24,508 nucleotides of DNA. Source: a virus. Its lineage: Duplodnaviria > Caudoviricetes. The stretch covers positions 1 to 24,508 of the IMG/VR virus record IMGVR_UViG_3300043270_000039, one strand, 5' to 3'. The notes beneath the pieces are model-generated. The model had not been told where the DNA came from. It ran no database searches and saw only the letters and a program-made list of their open reading frames with translations. The position numbers were made by a program, and so were the translations under genes. Shown here one piece after another: positions 16,561 to 23,822 of the stretch. Within the stretch, counting starts at the first letter, position 1. Each line of letters begins with the position of its first letter.

Positions 16561-16605
16561 AGGAAATCTCCAACCTTTGGAGATTCCTTACATGTTAATT
16601 AGGAG
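16561..16605 (+). promoter_or_regulatory. AT-rich island with palindrome (putative operator/promoter) and RBS of the moron gene
   Basis: AATCTCCAA-CCT-TTGGAGATT (16565-16585), extendable with one bulge to AGGA...TCCT, then TACATGTTAATT and AGGAG (16601-16605). Confidence 0.65.
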
Positions 16606-16610
16606 CGAAG

Positions 16611-17051
16611 ATGATCGAGAGCTACGACGACGTGGTCGCCCGGGTGGACGCCCAGGAGGGGATCGCCCTGTTCGAGCTGGGCGAGTTGCGGAGGGCCGAG
16701 GGGTGGGGTCGACTCAGCCAGGGTGCGGCCGCGGCCATCCGGCGCAGCCTGGAGATGCGTGGCCTGGGCTGGATGCCCCTCGACCGCCTGTACGACAACT
16801 ACGGCGATCCGATGGAGCAGGAACTCAAGATCCGGTTGTATCGGCGCTCGACGCTTCTCGGCCAGATCATGCAGGTGGCCGAGGACCGGAACCCCGACGA
16901 GCAGGGCAGCAGGTTCCTGCTGGACGTCGTCAACGACGAAGCTGCGGAGAAGCTGCGGGCGATCCGGCGGATCATCAACGACCCGGAGGGGCCTGCTCGA
17001 CCGGCCAAGAAGCGGACCAAGGGGAGCCGCAGGGCAGCCTCGACTACCTGA
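16611..17051 (+). CDS. Uncharacterised accessory (moron) protein, possibly DNA-binding
   Basis: 146 aa with RBS AGGAG; opposite strand to all neighbours, visibly lower GC and globular-protein composition. Confidence 0.8.
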   Translation: MIESYDDVVARVDAQEGIALFELGELRRAEGWGRLSQGAAAAIRRSLEMRGLGWMPLDRLYDNYGDPMEQELKIRLYRRSTLLGQIMQVAEDRNPDEQGSRFLLDVVNDEAAEKLRAIRRIINDPEGPARPAKKRTKGSRRAASTT

Positions 17052-17084
17052 GACTGAGCGCAGGGTAACCGATCGGCCGCAGAG

Positions 17085-17900
17085 TCAGGCGCTACGGCGT
17101 CGGCGGTCGGCGTGCCGCTGCCGTTCGGCGATGAGGTCGTGGACGTCGCTGATCCGGTAGGTCGGGGCGCGCCGGCCGTTCTCGATGATCTCCCCGCGGT
17201 GGGGAAGGCGGCCCTCGGAGGCCCACAGGCGGATGCGCCCTGGGGTGACGGCGCCGATGGCCCGGGCGATCTCGGTGGCGGTGCCGGTGTGGTCGCCGGC
17301 TTGGCGCAGGGAGTGGTCGCGCAGGGCGCGGGCCCGCCATGTGCGCCGGCATCCGGTGACGACCAGGGCGCCGGTCTGAGGGTCGTGGGCGGTTCGTTCG
17401 CACGTGAGGACCCGGTCGGCGGTGACGGCGTCGCTGGCGGCGCGCAGGACGGTGCCGCAGTCGCAGCGGCCGACGGTGACGACGTCGGCGACGTCGACGG
17501 CGGCGGGGGCGCGTCGGCGCAGCCACCCGGCGAGTTCAGCGACGAGGTGGGCGGCGGTGTGGTCGTGGGGGGACCAGGGGATGCCGGCGAGGCGGACGGC
17601 GAGCAGCCAGGGCCGGTCGGTGGTGTCGGGGGGTGGGTCGTGGTCGCCGAGGGCGACGCGCCAGATGCCCCAGAGGTCGGTGGTGGCGGTGTCGAGGAGC
17701 TGCGCGGCCGTGGGGGCTCGGGAGGGGGTTCCGGGGCCGGGGGCGTGGTGGGTGGTGCCGGTGGGGGCGCCGCGCCGGGACCAGCCGGCGCGGGCGTCGG
17801 TGAGGGCTTGGAGGTCGAGGGCGATGTCGCGGAGGTCAGCGCGGATCCGCTGCGGCAGCGTCGCCGGAGTCGCGGGGGTCGCGCTGGTCGCCACGGGCAC
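17085..17900 (-). CDS. Putative late-gene transcriptional regulator (Zn-ribbon plus C-terminal HTH)
   Basis: GRCDCG...TCE...GCRRTW cysteines, then TATEIARAIGAVTPGRIRLWASEGRL...YRISDV HTH. Last gene of the early block before HNH/terS. Confidence 0.65.
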   Translation of the reverse strand: MPVATSATPATPATLPQRIRADLRDIALDLQALTDARAGWSRRGAPTGTTHHAPGPGTPSRAPTAAQLLDTATTDLWGIWRVALGDHDPPPDTTDRPWLLAVRLAGIPWSPHDHTAAHLVAELAGWLRRRAPAAVDVADVVTVGRCDCGTVLRAASDAVTADRVLTCERTAHDPQTGALVVTGCRRTWRARALRDHSLRQAGDHTGTATEIARAIGAVTPGRIRLWASEGRLPHRGEIIENGRRAPTYRISDVHDLIAERQRHADRRRRSA

Positions 17901-18051
17901 CGATCTTCCCAGCCGGGCGGGGCAGTCGGCGGCGGTGCGGGGGGAGGCGGTCGGCGTGGCGCTTGCAGCGGGGTCCGGCGCCGGTGTCCTGGACGGCCAG
18001 GCGGGTGCAGTGGGCGTCGGCGCACTCCCCGAGGCGGGTCCGGGCGCTCAT
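17836..18051 (-). CDS. Small Cys/His-containing hypothetical protein
   Basis: ATG at 18051 is coupled to the upstream stop (ATGA); C-x4-C...CKRH motif. Overlaps the next gene by 65 bp. Confidence 0.4.
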   Translation of the reverse strand: MSARTRLGECADAHCTRLAVQDTGAGPRCKRHADRLPPHRRRLPRPAGKIGARGDQRDPRDSGDAAAADPR

Positions 18052-18359
18052 GCGGGACTCGGTCCATGCAGCCGGACTACGCCGATGTCGGGGTGCTGCG
18101 GGATGGGCAGGGGACCTGCTTCGAGCTGGACGACGGCCGTCTCCGTGATCAGCTCGTCCGGGGCCACGAGGAGGCGTCCCTCGCCGACGACGACGGCCCG
18201 GGTGTAGATGATCCGGTGCTGGGCGAAGTCGGCGACGATGACCGAGTCGTTGGGCACCCGCCGGGGGTCGATGCCGTGCCGGGTGAGCCAGGTGAGCAGC
18301 TCCTCCGGTGCACGAGACCGGCGGCGGTTCCAGAGCGTGACGCGGGCGAGGTCGTTCAC
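18048..18359 (-). CDS. Hypothetical phage protein
   Basis: 103 aa, GTGA-coupled to the initiator gene; WLTRHGIDPRRVP motif. Confidence 0.7.
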   Translation of the reverse strand: MNDLARVTLWNRRRSRAPEELLTWLTRHGIDPRRVPNDSVIVADFAQHRIIYTRAVVVGEGRLLVAPDELITETAVVQLEAGPLPIPQHPDIGVVRLHGPSPA

Positions 18360-19417
18360 GCGGCTCCTCGGGTGACGCGGCGCAGGACGGCCGCAGCCCG
18401 CTCGGCCTGCTCATCGGTCAGCTCGGGCTCCTCCGGCACGGCGGTCGTGTCGAGGAGCCGGTCGGCGCGGCACCCGGGGCACTCCGAGGTGGCGGGGTGG
18501 GTCTGGTGGTGCTCGGAGCAACGGACGTCGGGGGTGGCGGGGCGGGGCGCGGGCAGGTCCCGCCAGCGGGTCAGGGCGCCGCGCAGGGTATCCGGTGGGC
18601 GGCCGGCGAGGGCGGCGTCAAGGAGCCGCCGGCGGCCGTGGCGCCGCAGGTGGACGCCAGTCTCGGAGGTGTCGGCGGCGGTCCAGCCACGGTGGCCGAG
18701 GCCCCGGCGGTGGAGGTCGTCGAGCAGGGCCTGGACGTCGTCGATGGCGGCCTCAGGTGGCCCCTGACCTGCGGTCGGGTCGTGTTCTCGCTGGTCATGG
18801 GCCCTGCCTCCTCCTCCAAGATCGTTTCCGCCGTCTGTGGTGACCTTGGAGGAGGAGGTGAGTACTTCAGGTACAGGAGAGGTCGGCCGCGCGCGCGAGG
18901 TCACGCGGGACGGGCCGCGTGACACGGGTGTGACATGGGGTGTGACAAGGGGCGTGACGTCACGCCCCTTGTCACGGGGCCCGTCACGCTGGTTGTCACG
19001 CGTGACAGGGGGCGTGACATCGGGTGTGACATCCGGCGTGACGTCCGGTGTGACACCGGGGCTCGGGGGGCCGTCGCCCGGGCCGGCACGGCGGCGCTGG
19101 CGGCGCTTGCGCTCCCGGGCGGACTCCCGCCGGCGGATCTCCTCCTCGGCCGGGCGGTGGAACTCCGCCCAGTCGTGGAACACCCACCCCTCCTCCCCGT
19201 CCCGGACGGCCGGGCGCCACAGCTCGGCGGCCACGAGGGCCGCGGCGTGGCGGCGGCCGGCGGGCAGGCTCTCGACCCACCAGGCGGGCACCCAGCCGTC
19301 GGTGAGGTAGCTCTGGGCGTAGGACCCGGCGAGCACCCACAGGCCCATGGCGGCCAGCCCGGCGCGCCGGGCCTTCGGGTGGGAGTGCAGGTCGTCGCTC
19401 ACCAGCATCCACGTCAT
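18356..19417 (-). CDS. Phage replication initiator (replisome organiser-like)
   Basis: N-terminus W..V.DDLHSHPK...GLAAMGLWVLAGSY...TDGWVP...LVAAELW...GWVFHDW...ARERKRRQR, then a VT/RD repeat linker; C-terminal CSEH...CPGC. Confidence 0.78.
   Translation of the reverse strand: MTWMLVSDDLHSHPKARRAGLAAMGLWVLAGSYAQSYLTDGWVPAWWVESLPAGRRHAAALVAAELWRPAVRDGEEGWVFHDWAEFHRPAEEEIRRRESARERKRRQRRRAGPGDGPPSPGVTPDVTPDVTPDVTPPVTRDNQRDGPRDKGRDVTPLVTPHVTPVSRGPSRVTSRARPTSPVPEVLTSSSKVTTDGGNDLGGGGRAHDQREHDPTAGQGPPEAAIDDVQALLDDLHRRGLGHRGWTAADTSETGVHLRRHGRRRLLDAALAGRPPDTLRGALTRWRDLPAPRPATPDVRCSEHHQTHPATSECPGCRADRLLDTTAVPEEPELTDEQAERAAAVLRRVTRGAA
18900..19054. repeat. Iteron-like array, putative replication origin
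   Basis: GTGAC at 18919, 18930, 18942, 18954, 19002, 19014, 19026, 19038, 19050; GTCAC at 18900, 18959, 18971, 18983, 18995. Mostly 12-bp period, with a perfect 34-bp palindrome at 18942-18975. Confidence 0.85.
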
Positions 19418-19821
19418 GCGGTCCTCCTCGCTGCTGCTCGTGTCGCTGCTCGTGTCGCTGCTCGTGCCCGGTCACGGCCGATGACGGTGCGCTCGACCGG
19501 GTCGGTGACGCCACCCCACAGGGCGGCCAGGAGGTCGTGCAGGCCGTGGCGGCGCAGCTCGCTCGCCAGGGACGCGGGCTTGACCCCGCGCCGGGCCGCG
19601 GCCTCGTACAGGTCGAGGCCGCCCGCGAGGTAGGTGCGGACGTCGTCGGCGAGGGCCGCGGGGCATCCGCGGCCGTGCTCGCGGTGGGCCCGGCACGCCG
19701 CGACGGCGTTGGCCCGCTTGGTCGAGGCGTAGGCGCGGCCGCAGACCTCGCACGACCACACCCACTCACCCGTGGCCTCCCACAGGTGCAGGCCGGGCGG
19801 TCCCGGCCGGGTGCCGCTCAC
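19414..19821 (-). CDS. Hypothetical protein with Zn-finger-like and HTH-like segments
   Basis: WSCEVCGRAY...AHREH, then DLYEAAARRGVKPASLASELRRHG; coupled by overlaps on both sides. Confidence 0.65.
   Translation of the reverse strand: MSGTRPGPPGLHLWEATGEWVWSCEVCGRAYASTKRANAVAACRAHREHGRGCPAALADDVRTYLAGGLDLYEAAARRGVKPASLASELRRHGLHDLLAALWGGVTDPVERTVIGRDRARAATRAATRAAARRTA
19433..19466. repeat. 12-bp tandem repeat GCTGCTCGTGTC, about 3 copies
   Basis: Copies at 19433, 19445 and 19457 (partial), directly upstream of the initiator RBS; encodes RAAT repeats. Confidence 0.8.
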
Positions 19822-20303
19822 CGCGCACCCGCCGGCACGTCGCCGAGGTCGTCCAGCTCGTCCAGGTCGGCGAGCAGGGCGGGCTGGTCACCGGCGGTCG
19901 CGGCCAGGGGCAGGCGGGCGAGGCGTTCGCCGGCGTGGGCGGCCCAGTGGGGGTTGACTTCGATGCCGAGGAACCGGCGGCCCTCGACGAGCGCGGCGAC
20001 CCCGGTGGTCCCGGACCCCGTGAAGGGGTCGAGGACGAGCCCGCCCGGGGGGGCGACGCGCACGAGGCCGCGCATCACCTCCAGCGGCTTCTGCGCGAGG
20101 TGGTCACGGTCGCGGGGCGTGGACGCCTGGTAGAACCCGCGGCCTCGGCGGCACAGCATGGCGGCGGGGGACTCGTGACCGTGCTCGTGCGCCCCGCCGG
20201 GGCGGTGGGCGCACCGCTCGTGCTGGCCGATCTCGCAGTACCCGGACAGCCCGTAGGCGCAGGCGTCGATCAGCTCACCGGTGAGCACGTTCGTGATGGC
20301 CAT
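19818..20303 (-). CDS. Chimeric/truncated N6/N4 DNA methyltransferase (SAM-binding half only; possible pseudogene)
   Basis: ATG at 20303 (TGATG coupling). C-terminal HLAQKP...VLDPFTGSGTTGVAA...GRRFLGIE of beta-class MTases; no DPPY/SPPY motif; Cys/His-rich N-terminus. Confidence 0.75.
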   Translation of the reverse strand: MAITNVLTGELIDACAYGLSGYCEIGQHERCAHRPGGAHEHGHESPAAMLCRRGRGFYQASTPRDRDHLAQKPLEVMRGLVRVAPPGGLVLDPFTGSGTTGVAALVEGRRFLGIEVNPHWAAHAGERLARLPLAATAGDQPALLADLDELDDLGDVPAGAR

Positions 20304-20614
20304 CAGGTCTGCCCCTCCAGCCACCACGCGGCGGCCAGGGCGAGCGCCCGGGTCGTCAGCGGGTGCGCCCGCCCGGCTCGGCCCCACCACCGCTTCTCGG
20401 GGCCGAGGACGTCGCACGTCGGGTGCACCGGCACGGCCTCCTTCATCAGCAGCACGTCCATGCGCCCGCCGCAGTCCCGGCACAGCGGCCGGCGCACAGC
20501 CCGCTCGAGCGAGACGCCGTCGGCCGCCGGCCCCGGTGCGGGGTCGGCCGCCGTCGGCGGCCGCGGCGGGCGGGTGCTGGTCGGCCATGCGCGGGCGAGG
20601 TGGTCCGGGGTCAG
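20303..20614 (-). CDS. Hypothetical protein with CxxC...HPTC motif; start uncertain
   Basis: The frame fills the gap and its stop is coupled to the next ATG; LCRDCGG...VHPTC. No clean start codon at the expected position (CTG at 20614). Confidence 0.45.
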   Translation of the reverse strand: MTPDHLARAWPTSTRPPRPPTAADPAPGPAADGVSLERAVRRPLCRDCGGRMDVLLMKEAVPVHPTCDVLGPEKRWWGRAGRAHPLTTRALALAAAWWLEGQT

Positions 20615-20949
20615 GCGCCGGCGAGCTGGAGCTGGCGGCCGACGAACTCGCCGTCGTCGTCGATCTCCCACTCCGCCCGGCCCGCGTGGTGGGGCTCGCG
20701 GGCGAGCAGGGTCCCGACGATGTCGGCGATCTTCCCCTCGGCCGCGACGGTGAGGTGGATCGTGAGCCGGCCCTTGTACCCGCTGGCGCGGGAGGCGGCG
20801 ACGACGCGGCGCAGGGCGGCGCCGGCCTGGAGGTCGAACGCGCCGTCGTCGAGGTCGGCGATCGTCTCGCTGATCTTGCGGGTGCCGTCGAGGGCCCGCT
20901 TGGTCTGCTCGATCCGCAGGTCGCGGTCCTCGTCGTGGGTGTCGGGCAT
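20611..20949 (-). CDS. Hypothetical prophage protein
   Basis: 112 aa with strong RBS GAGGAG; LDDGAF...KGRLTIHLTV...DDDGEF pattern reminiscent of YfdP-like prophage proteins (tentative). Confidence 0.75.
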   Translation of the reverse strand: MPDTHDEDRDLRIEQTKRALDGTRKISETIADLDDGAFDLQAGAALRRVVAASRASGYKGRLTIHLTVAAEGKIADIVGTLLAREPHHAGRAEWEIDDDGEFVGRQLQLAGA

Positions 20950-20960
20950 GGGCGTGCTCC

Positions 20961-21473
20961 TCAGGTGCTCGGGGTGGTGTCGACCGCCAGGGGCTCCTGG
21001 TGGCCGTGCTTCTGGGGGTGGTGGGGCAGGACGGGGGTCACGGTGATGACGACCTCGTCGCGGGAGCCGTAGCCCTTCGTGGCGTGCAGCTCGACGACCT
21101 GGGTGTCGTCGGCGATGACCGGGGCCAGGCGGGCGCCGCGGGGCCCGCGGGTGCTCGCCGCACGGCCGCTGCGCCCGCTGAGGGCGTCGAGGAGTGACCG
21201 TGCGAGCTTGTCCACGTCGCCGTACGGCTGGCCGGGGAACGGGGCCTGCGAGGACGCCGGACGCGCGAACAGGACCGTGATCCGGACCTCGACGGGGCCC
21301 CGGTAGGACAGCGGCCAGTGGGCCTCACGGGCGGCGAGGTGCGCGGCTCCGGCCACCTGGTCCCGCCACGGGCCGACGTGCTTGGACTGCTCGATCATCC
21401 GCCCGGGGCCGACGGCGCGCTTGCTGCCCTGGGGGCGGGCGCGGCCCAGCACGCCGAAGGTCAGCGGGCTCAT
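20961..21473 (-). CDS. rusA: RusA-family Holliday junction resolvase
   Basis: PQGSKR, GPVEV...F.RP, GDVDKLARSLLDAL and DDTQVVEL; ATG at 21473 is coupled to the upstream stop. Confidence 0.9.
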   Translation of the reverse strand: MSPLTFGVLGRARPQGSKRAVGPGRMIEQSKHVGPWRDQVAGAAHLAAREAHWPLSYRGPVEVRITVLFARPASSQAPFPGQPYGDVDKLARSLLDALSGRSGRAASTRGPRGARLAPVIADDTQVVELHATKGYGSRDEVVITVTPVLPHHPQKHGHQEPLAVDTTPST

Positions 21474-22099
21474 GCCGGGCCCTCCAGCACCCGCACGGCC
21501 TCCTCGAGGCGGTCCCACGCGGCCCGGTCGCCGGCGACGTCGGGGTGCGCCCGGCGAAGCGCCCGGCGCACCACCGCCGGCGGCGGGTCGAGGTCGAGGG
21601 CGGGGTCGCCGACGGCGGACGTGGACCAGACCACGAAGCGGGCCTGCCCCCGGGTCATGGGCGCCGGGGCGGCGGCGATCGCCCGGTACCCGGTGTACTG
21701 CTCACCGGCGCCGGACGCCCCGTAGCGGTCGACGGCCCGCAGCGCCTGCAGGGTGAGGGCGATCGCGCGGCCGTTGGCGTGCCACGGCTCGCCCTGGTGC
21801 GCCGACTGCGTCGTGTACCGGTCGGACCGGTACCGCAGGGGGCCGTGCTTCGACGTGAAGGCGACCTCGACGGCCGGGGTCGCCGCCCGGGCCAGGGCCC
21901 GCAGCCCTCCGTCCAGCCGCAGGTCCGACTCGCCGACGTCGATCCCGATCACCACGTCCTGCCCGTCCAGGGCGGTGACCTCGGCGGCGAGGAGCTTCTC
22001 GGTGTCCGGCCAGGACGAGCGGAACGGGCTCGGCGCCCGGTCCTTCTCGGGGCGCAGCCACGACCGGTCCGACAGCGGCCGCACCCGGTACCAGCTCAC
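21470..22099 (-). CDS. Phage protein with C-terminal J-domain-like (HPD) segment
   Basis: SPFRSSW, ANGRAIALTLQALRAVDRYG and RRALRRAHPDVAGDRAAWDRLEEA. Confidence 0.8.
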   Translation of the reverse strand: MSWYRVRPLSDRSWLRPEKDRAPSPFRSSWPDTEKLLAAEVTALDGQDVVIGIDVGESDLRLDGGLRALARAATPAVEVAFTSKHGPLRYRSDRYTTQSAHQGEPWHANGRAIALTLQALRAVDRYGASGAGEQYTGYRAIAAAPAPMTRGQARFVVWSTSAVGDPALDLDPPPAVVRRALRRAHPDVAGDRAAWDRLEEAVRVLEGPA

Positions 22100-22335
22100 G
22101 ACGGCCCGTCCTGGTCGTCGGGGTCGTCGTCGTAGGGCGTGCAGGAGAGGTTGATCATGTGCCCGTCGAGGGCGAGGCCGGTCGCGACCCGGGACAGCAC
22201 GCCCATGACCTCGTGGACCCGGGCCCTGGTGACGGGCAGGGACAGCGACACGTGCATGTCCGGCTCGCCGGGGTCCTCGACGTCGACGACGACGTCCGGG
22301 GGCGCGGGCTGCTCGGTCGACCCGGCGGCGCTCAC
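22096..22335 (-). CDS. Small acidic hypothetical protein
   Basis: GTG at 22335 overlaps the upstream stop and its own stop overlaps the next start; 79 aa. Confidence 0.65.
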   Translation of the reverse strand: MSAAGSTEQPAPPDVVVDVEDPGEPDMHVSLSLPVTRARVHEVMGVLSRVATGLALDGHMINLSCTPYDDDPDDQDGPS

Positions 22336-23003
22336 GAGGGCCTCAGCAGGGCGACGATCTCGACGGCGTGAGGGTGGGCCAGTCGGCGGACCTCGGACCG
22401 GTGGCCCTCCGTCTCCCTGTCCCAGGCGGAGTGGACGCGCCTGCTCGCCACAGCGGCCATCGCCTGGTGCATGGCACGGGCGACGACCTCCTGGACGGCG
22501 ATCAGCGCGCTGTCGGCCGCCGCGTCCTGGGGGCTGACTGTCAGCGGCCGGACACCGTCGACATCCACGGTGCGTGCGGCCGGCCCGCCCTCGCTGGGAG
22601 CGTGCGGGTCGTGGTCGCCGAGGATCCCGCCGAGGACGGTGATGCTGGGCCCGGCCCCCGACTGGGTGTCGACCGCCCACGCCCTGACGGCGTCCCACAG
22701 GGCGACGAGCCGTGCCGTCGGCACGGTGTCTCCCGCATCGCCGACGGGAGCGGCCGGCGCGCCGCGCAGGGCGGCCAGGAGCGCCTCGGCGGTCGCCCAG
22801 GTGAGGTCGAGCGCGATGAGGTCGACCAGTGGCCGGGACCGGGCCCCGGGCTCCTGGACCCAGATGGACCACCGGTGGCCCTCGCGGCGCAGGTACGCCC
22901 TGGGGAAGCACTGCACCTCGCCGATCACCGCACCCGTCTGGTGCACCGCGGCCGGCGGGTGCGGCGGCCGCGGCACCCCGTGCCCCTCGACGCGGCCCAT
23001 CAC
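22332..23003 (-). CDS. Hypothetical phage protein
   Basis: GTGA coupling at 23000-23003; 223 aa; no recognised motif. Confidence 0.6.
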   Translation of the reverse strand: MMGRVEGHGVPRPPHPPAAVHQTGAVIGEVQCFPRAYLRREGHRWSIWVQEPGARSRPLVDLIALDLTWATAEALLAALRGAPAAPVGDAGDTVPTARLVALWDAVRAWAVDTQSGAGPSITVLGGILGDHDPHAPSEGGPAARTVDVDGVRPLTVSPQDAAADSALIAVQEVVARAMHQAMAAVASRRVHSAWDRETEGHRSEVRRLAHPHAVEIVALLRPS

Positions 23004-23134
23004 GAGCCCCCGCCGGCGGTGCACCCGTCGCGGGCGGCCCGGTCCCACCAGTCCCCGACCCCGCACGCGGCGTACTCGTCGGGGGTGACGGACACCCACG
23101 CGTCCCACAGCCGGTCCGCGACTCGCCCGGTCAT
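23000..23134 (-). CDS. Small hypothetical protein (44 aa)
   Basis: ATGA/GTGA coupling at both ends; MTGRVADRLWDAWVSVTPDEY... Confidence 0.5.
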   Translation of the reverse strand: MTGRVADRLWDAWVSVTPDEYAACGVGDWWDRAARDGCTAGGGS

Positions 23135-23466
23135 GACGCCTCGCCCCGGGTGCCCATGGCCAGGGCGACAGCGACGGTGATCGCCTCGTGCGGGGGCCAC
23201 GGCGGCGTCTCTCCCGTCACTCGACGCGGCGGGCCGCCCGGCTCCTCGGCGTGCAGCAGCTCCGCCCACCGCTCCTGGACGGCCGCCCACTTCTCGGCGG
23301 GCACGGCGGGCATGGCGGCGATGACGTTGCCGACGGCCGCGAGGGCGGCGTTGGCCAGAGCTCGGTGGTAGGCGCCGCGGTCGGTGTCGCCGGCGTGGCC
23401 GGTGCGCTCGGCGATCGCCTCGGCCAGCTCGTCGGGGCCCATGTCTGCTCTCATGCCCGCGATCAC
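23131..23466 (-). CDS. Hypothetical phage protein
   Basis: Ala-rich helical ORF coupled at both ends (start GTG at 23466 or 23469). Confidence 0.6.
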   Translation of the reverse strand: MIAGMRADMGPDELAEAIAERTGHAGDTDRGAYHRALANAALAAVGNVIAAMPAVPAEKWAAVQERWAELLHAEEPGGPPRRVTGETPPWPPHEAITVAVALAMGTRGEAS

Positions 23467-23822
23467 CACTCATCGCCCCCTCGGAGGGCGACGTCCGCCG
23501 CTTCGGTGACGTCCATCGGGTCGCTCATGTGGTCGATCTCGTACGTCCCCTCGGCGGCCCGGCGCTCGGCCGCCTCGCTGGCCACGAGCGCCCCGAGGTG
23601 GTCGGCCTCGTGGTCGCACGGGCACGGGGCGGGCAGATGCTCGGCGGCGACGAGCCGCCGGTACCGGTCGACGGCCTCGGCGGCGACGTCCAGGGGGGCG
23701 CCCGTGGCGCGGGCGTCGTGGAACACGGCCCGGGCCTCAGCCGGGGTGCGGATGGCGTCGAGGCGGGCCGCCCAGTCCTCCTCGGCGAGCGTGGCCGGCT
23801 TCGCCGGCGTGGTGGCCGTCAC
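23463..23822 (-). CDS. Hypothetical phage protein
   Basis: GTG at 23822 overlaps the recT stop; 119 aa, acidic, with CPCDH. Confidence 0.65.
   Translation of the reverse strand: MTATTPAKPATLAEEDWAARLDAIRTPAEARAVFHDARATGAPLDVAAEAVDRYRRLVAAEHLPAPCPCDHEADHLGALVASEAAERRAAEGTYEIDHMSDPMDVTEAADVALRGGDEW

Noticed and set aside
16157-17068. 303-aa + strand ORF spanning HNH and the moron
   Set aside because: Antisense to HNH and out of frame with the better-supported 16611..17051 gene, which has its own RBS.
18900-19054. Possible CRISPR array
   Set aside because: Cores are 5 bp with a 12-bp period inside a CDS, with no spacer-sized unique sequences and no cas genes.
20304-20588. Upstream extension of the MTase-like ORF as the missing catalytic half
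   Set aside because: Low-complexity translation with no DPPY/NPPY/SPPY; another frame with a CxxC motif fits the region better.
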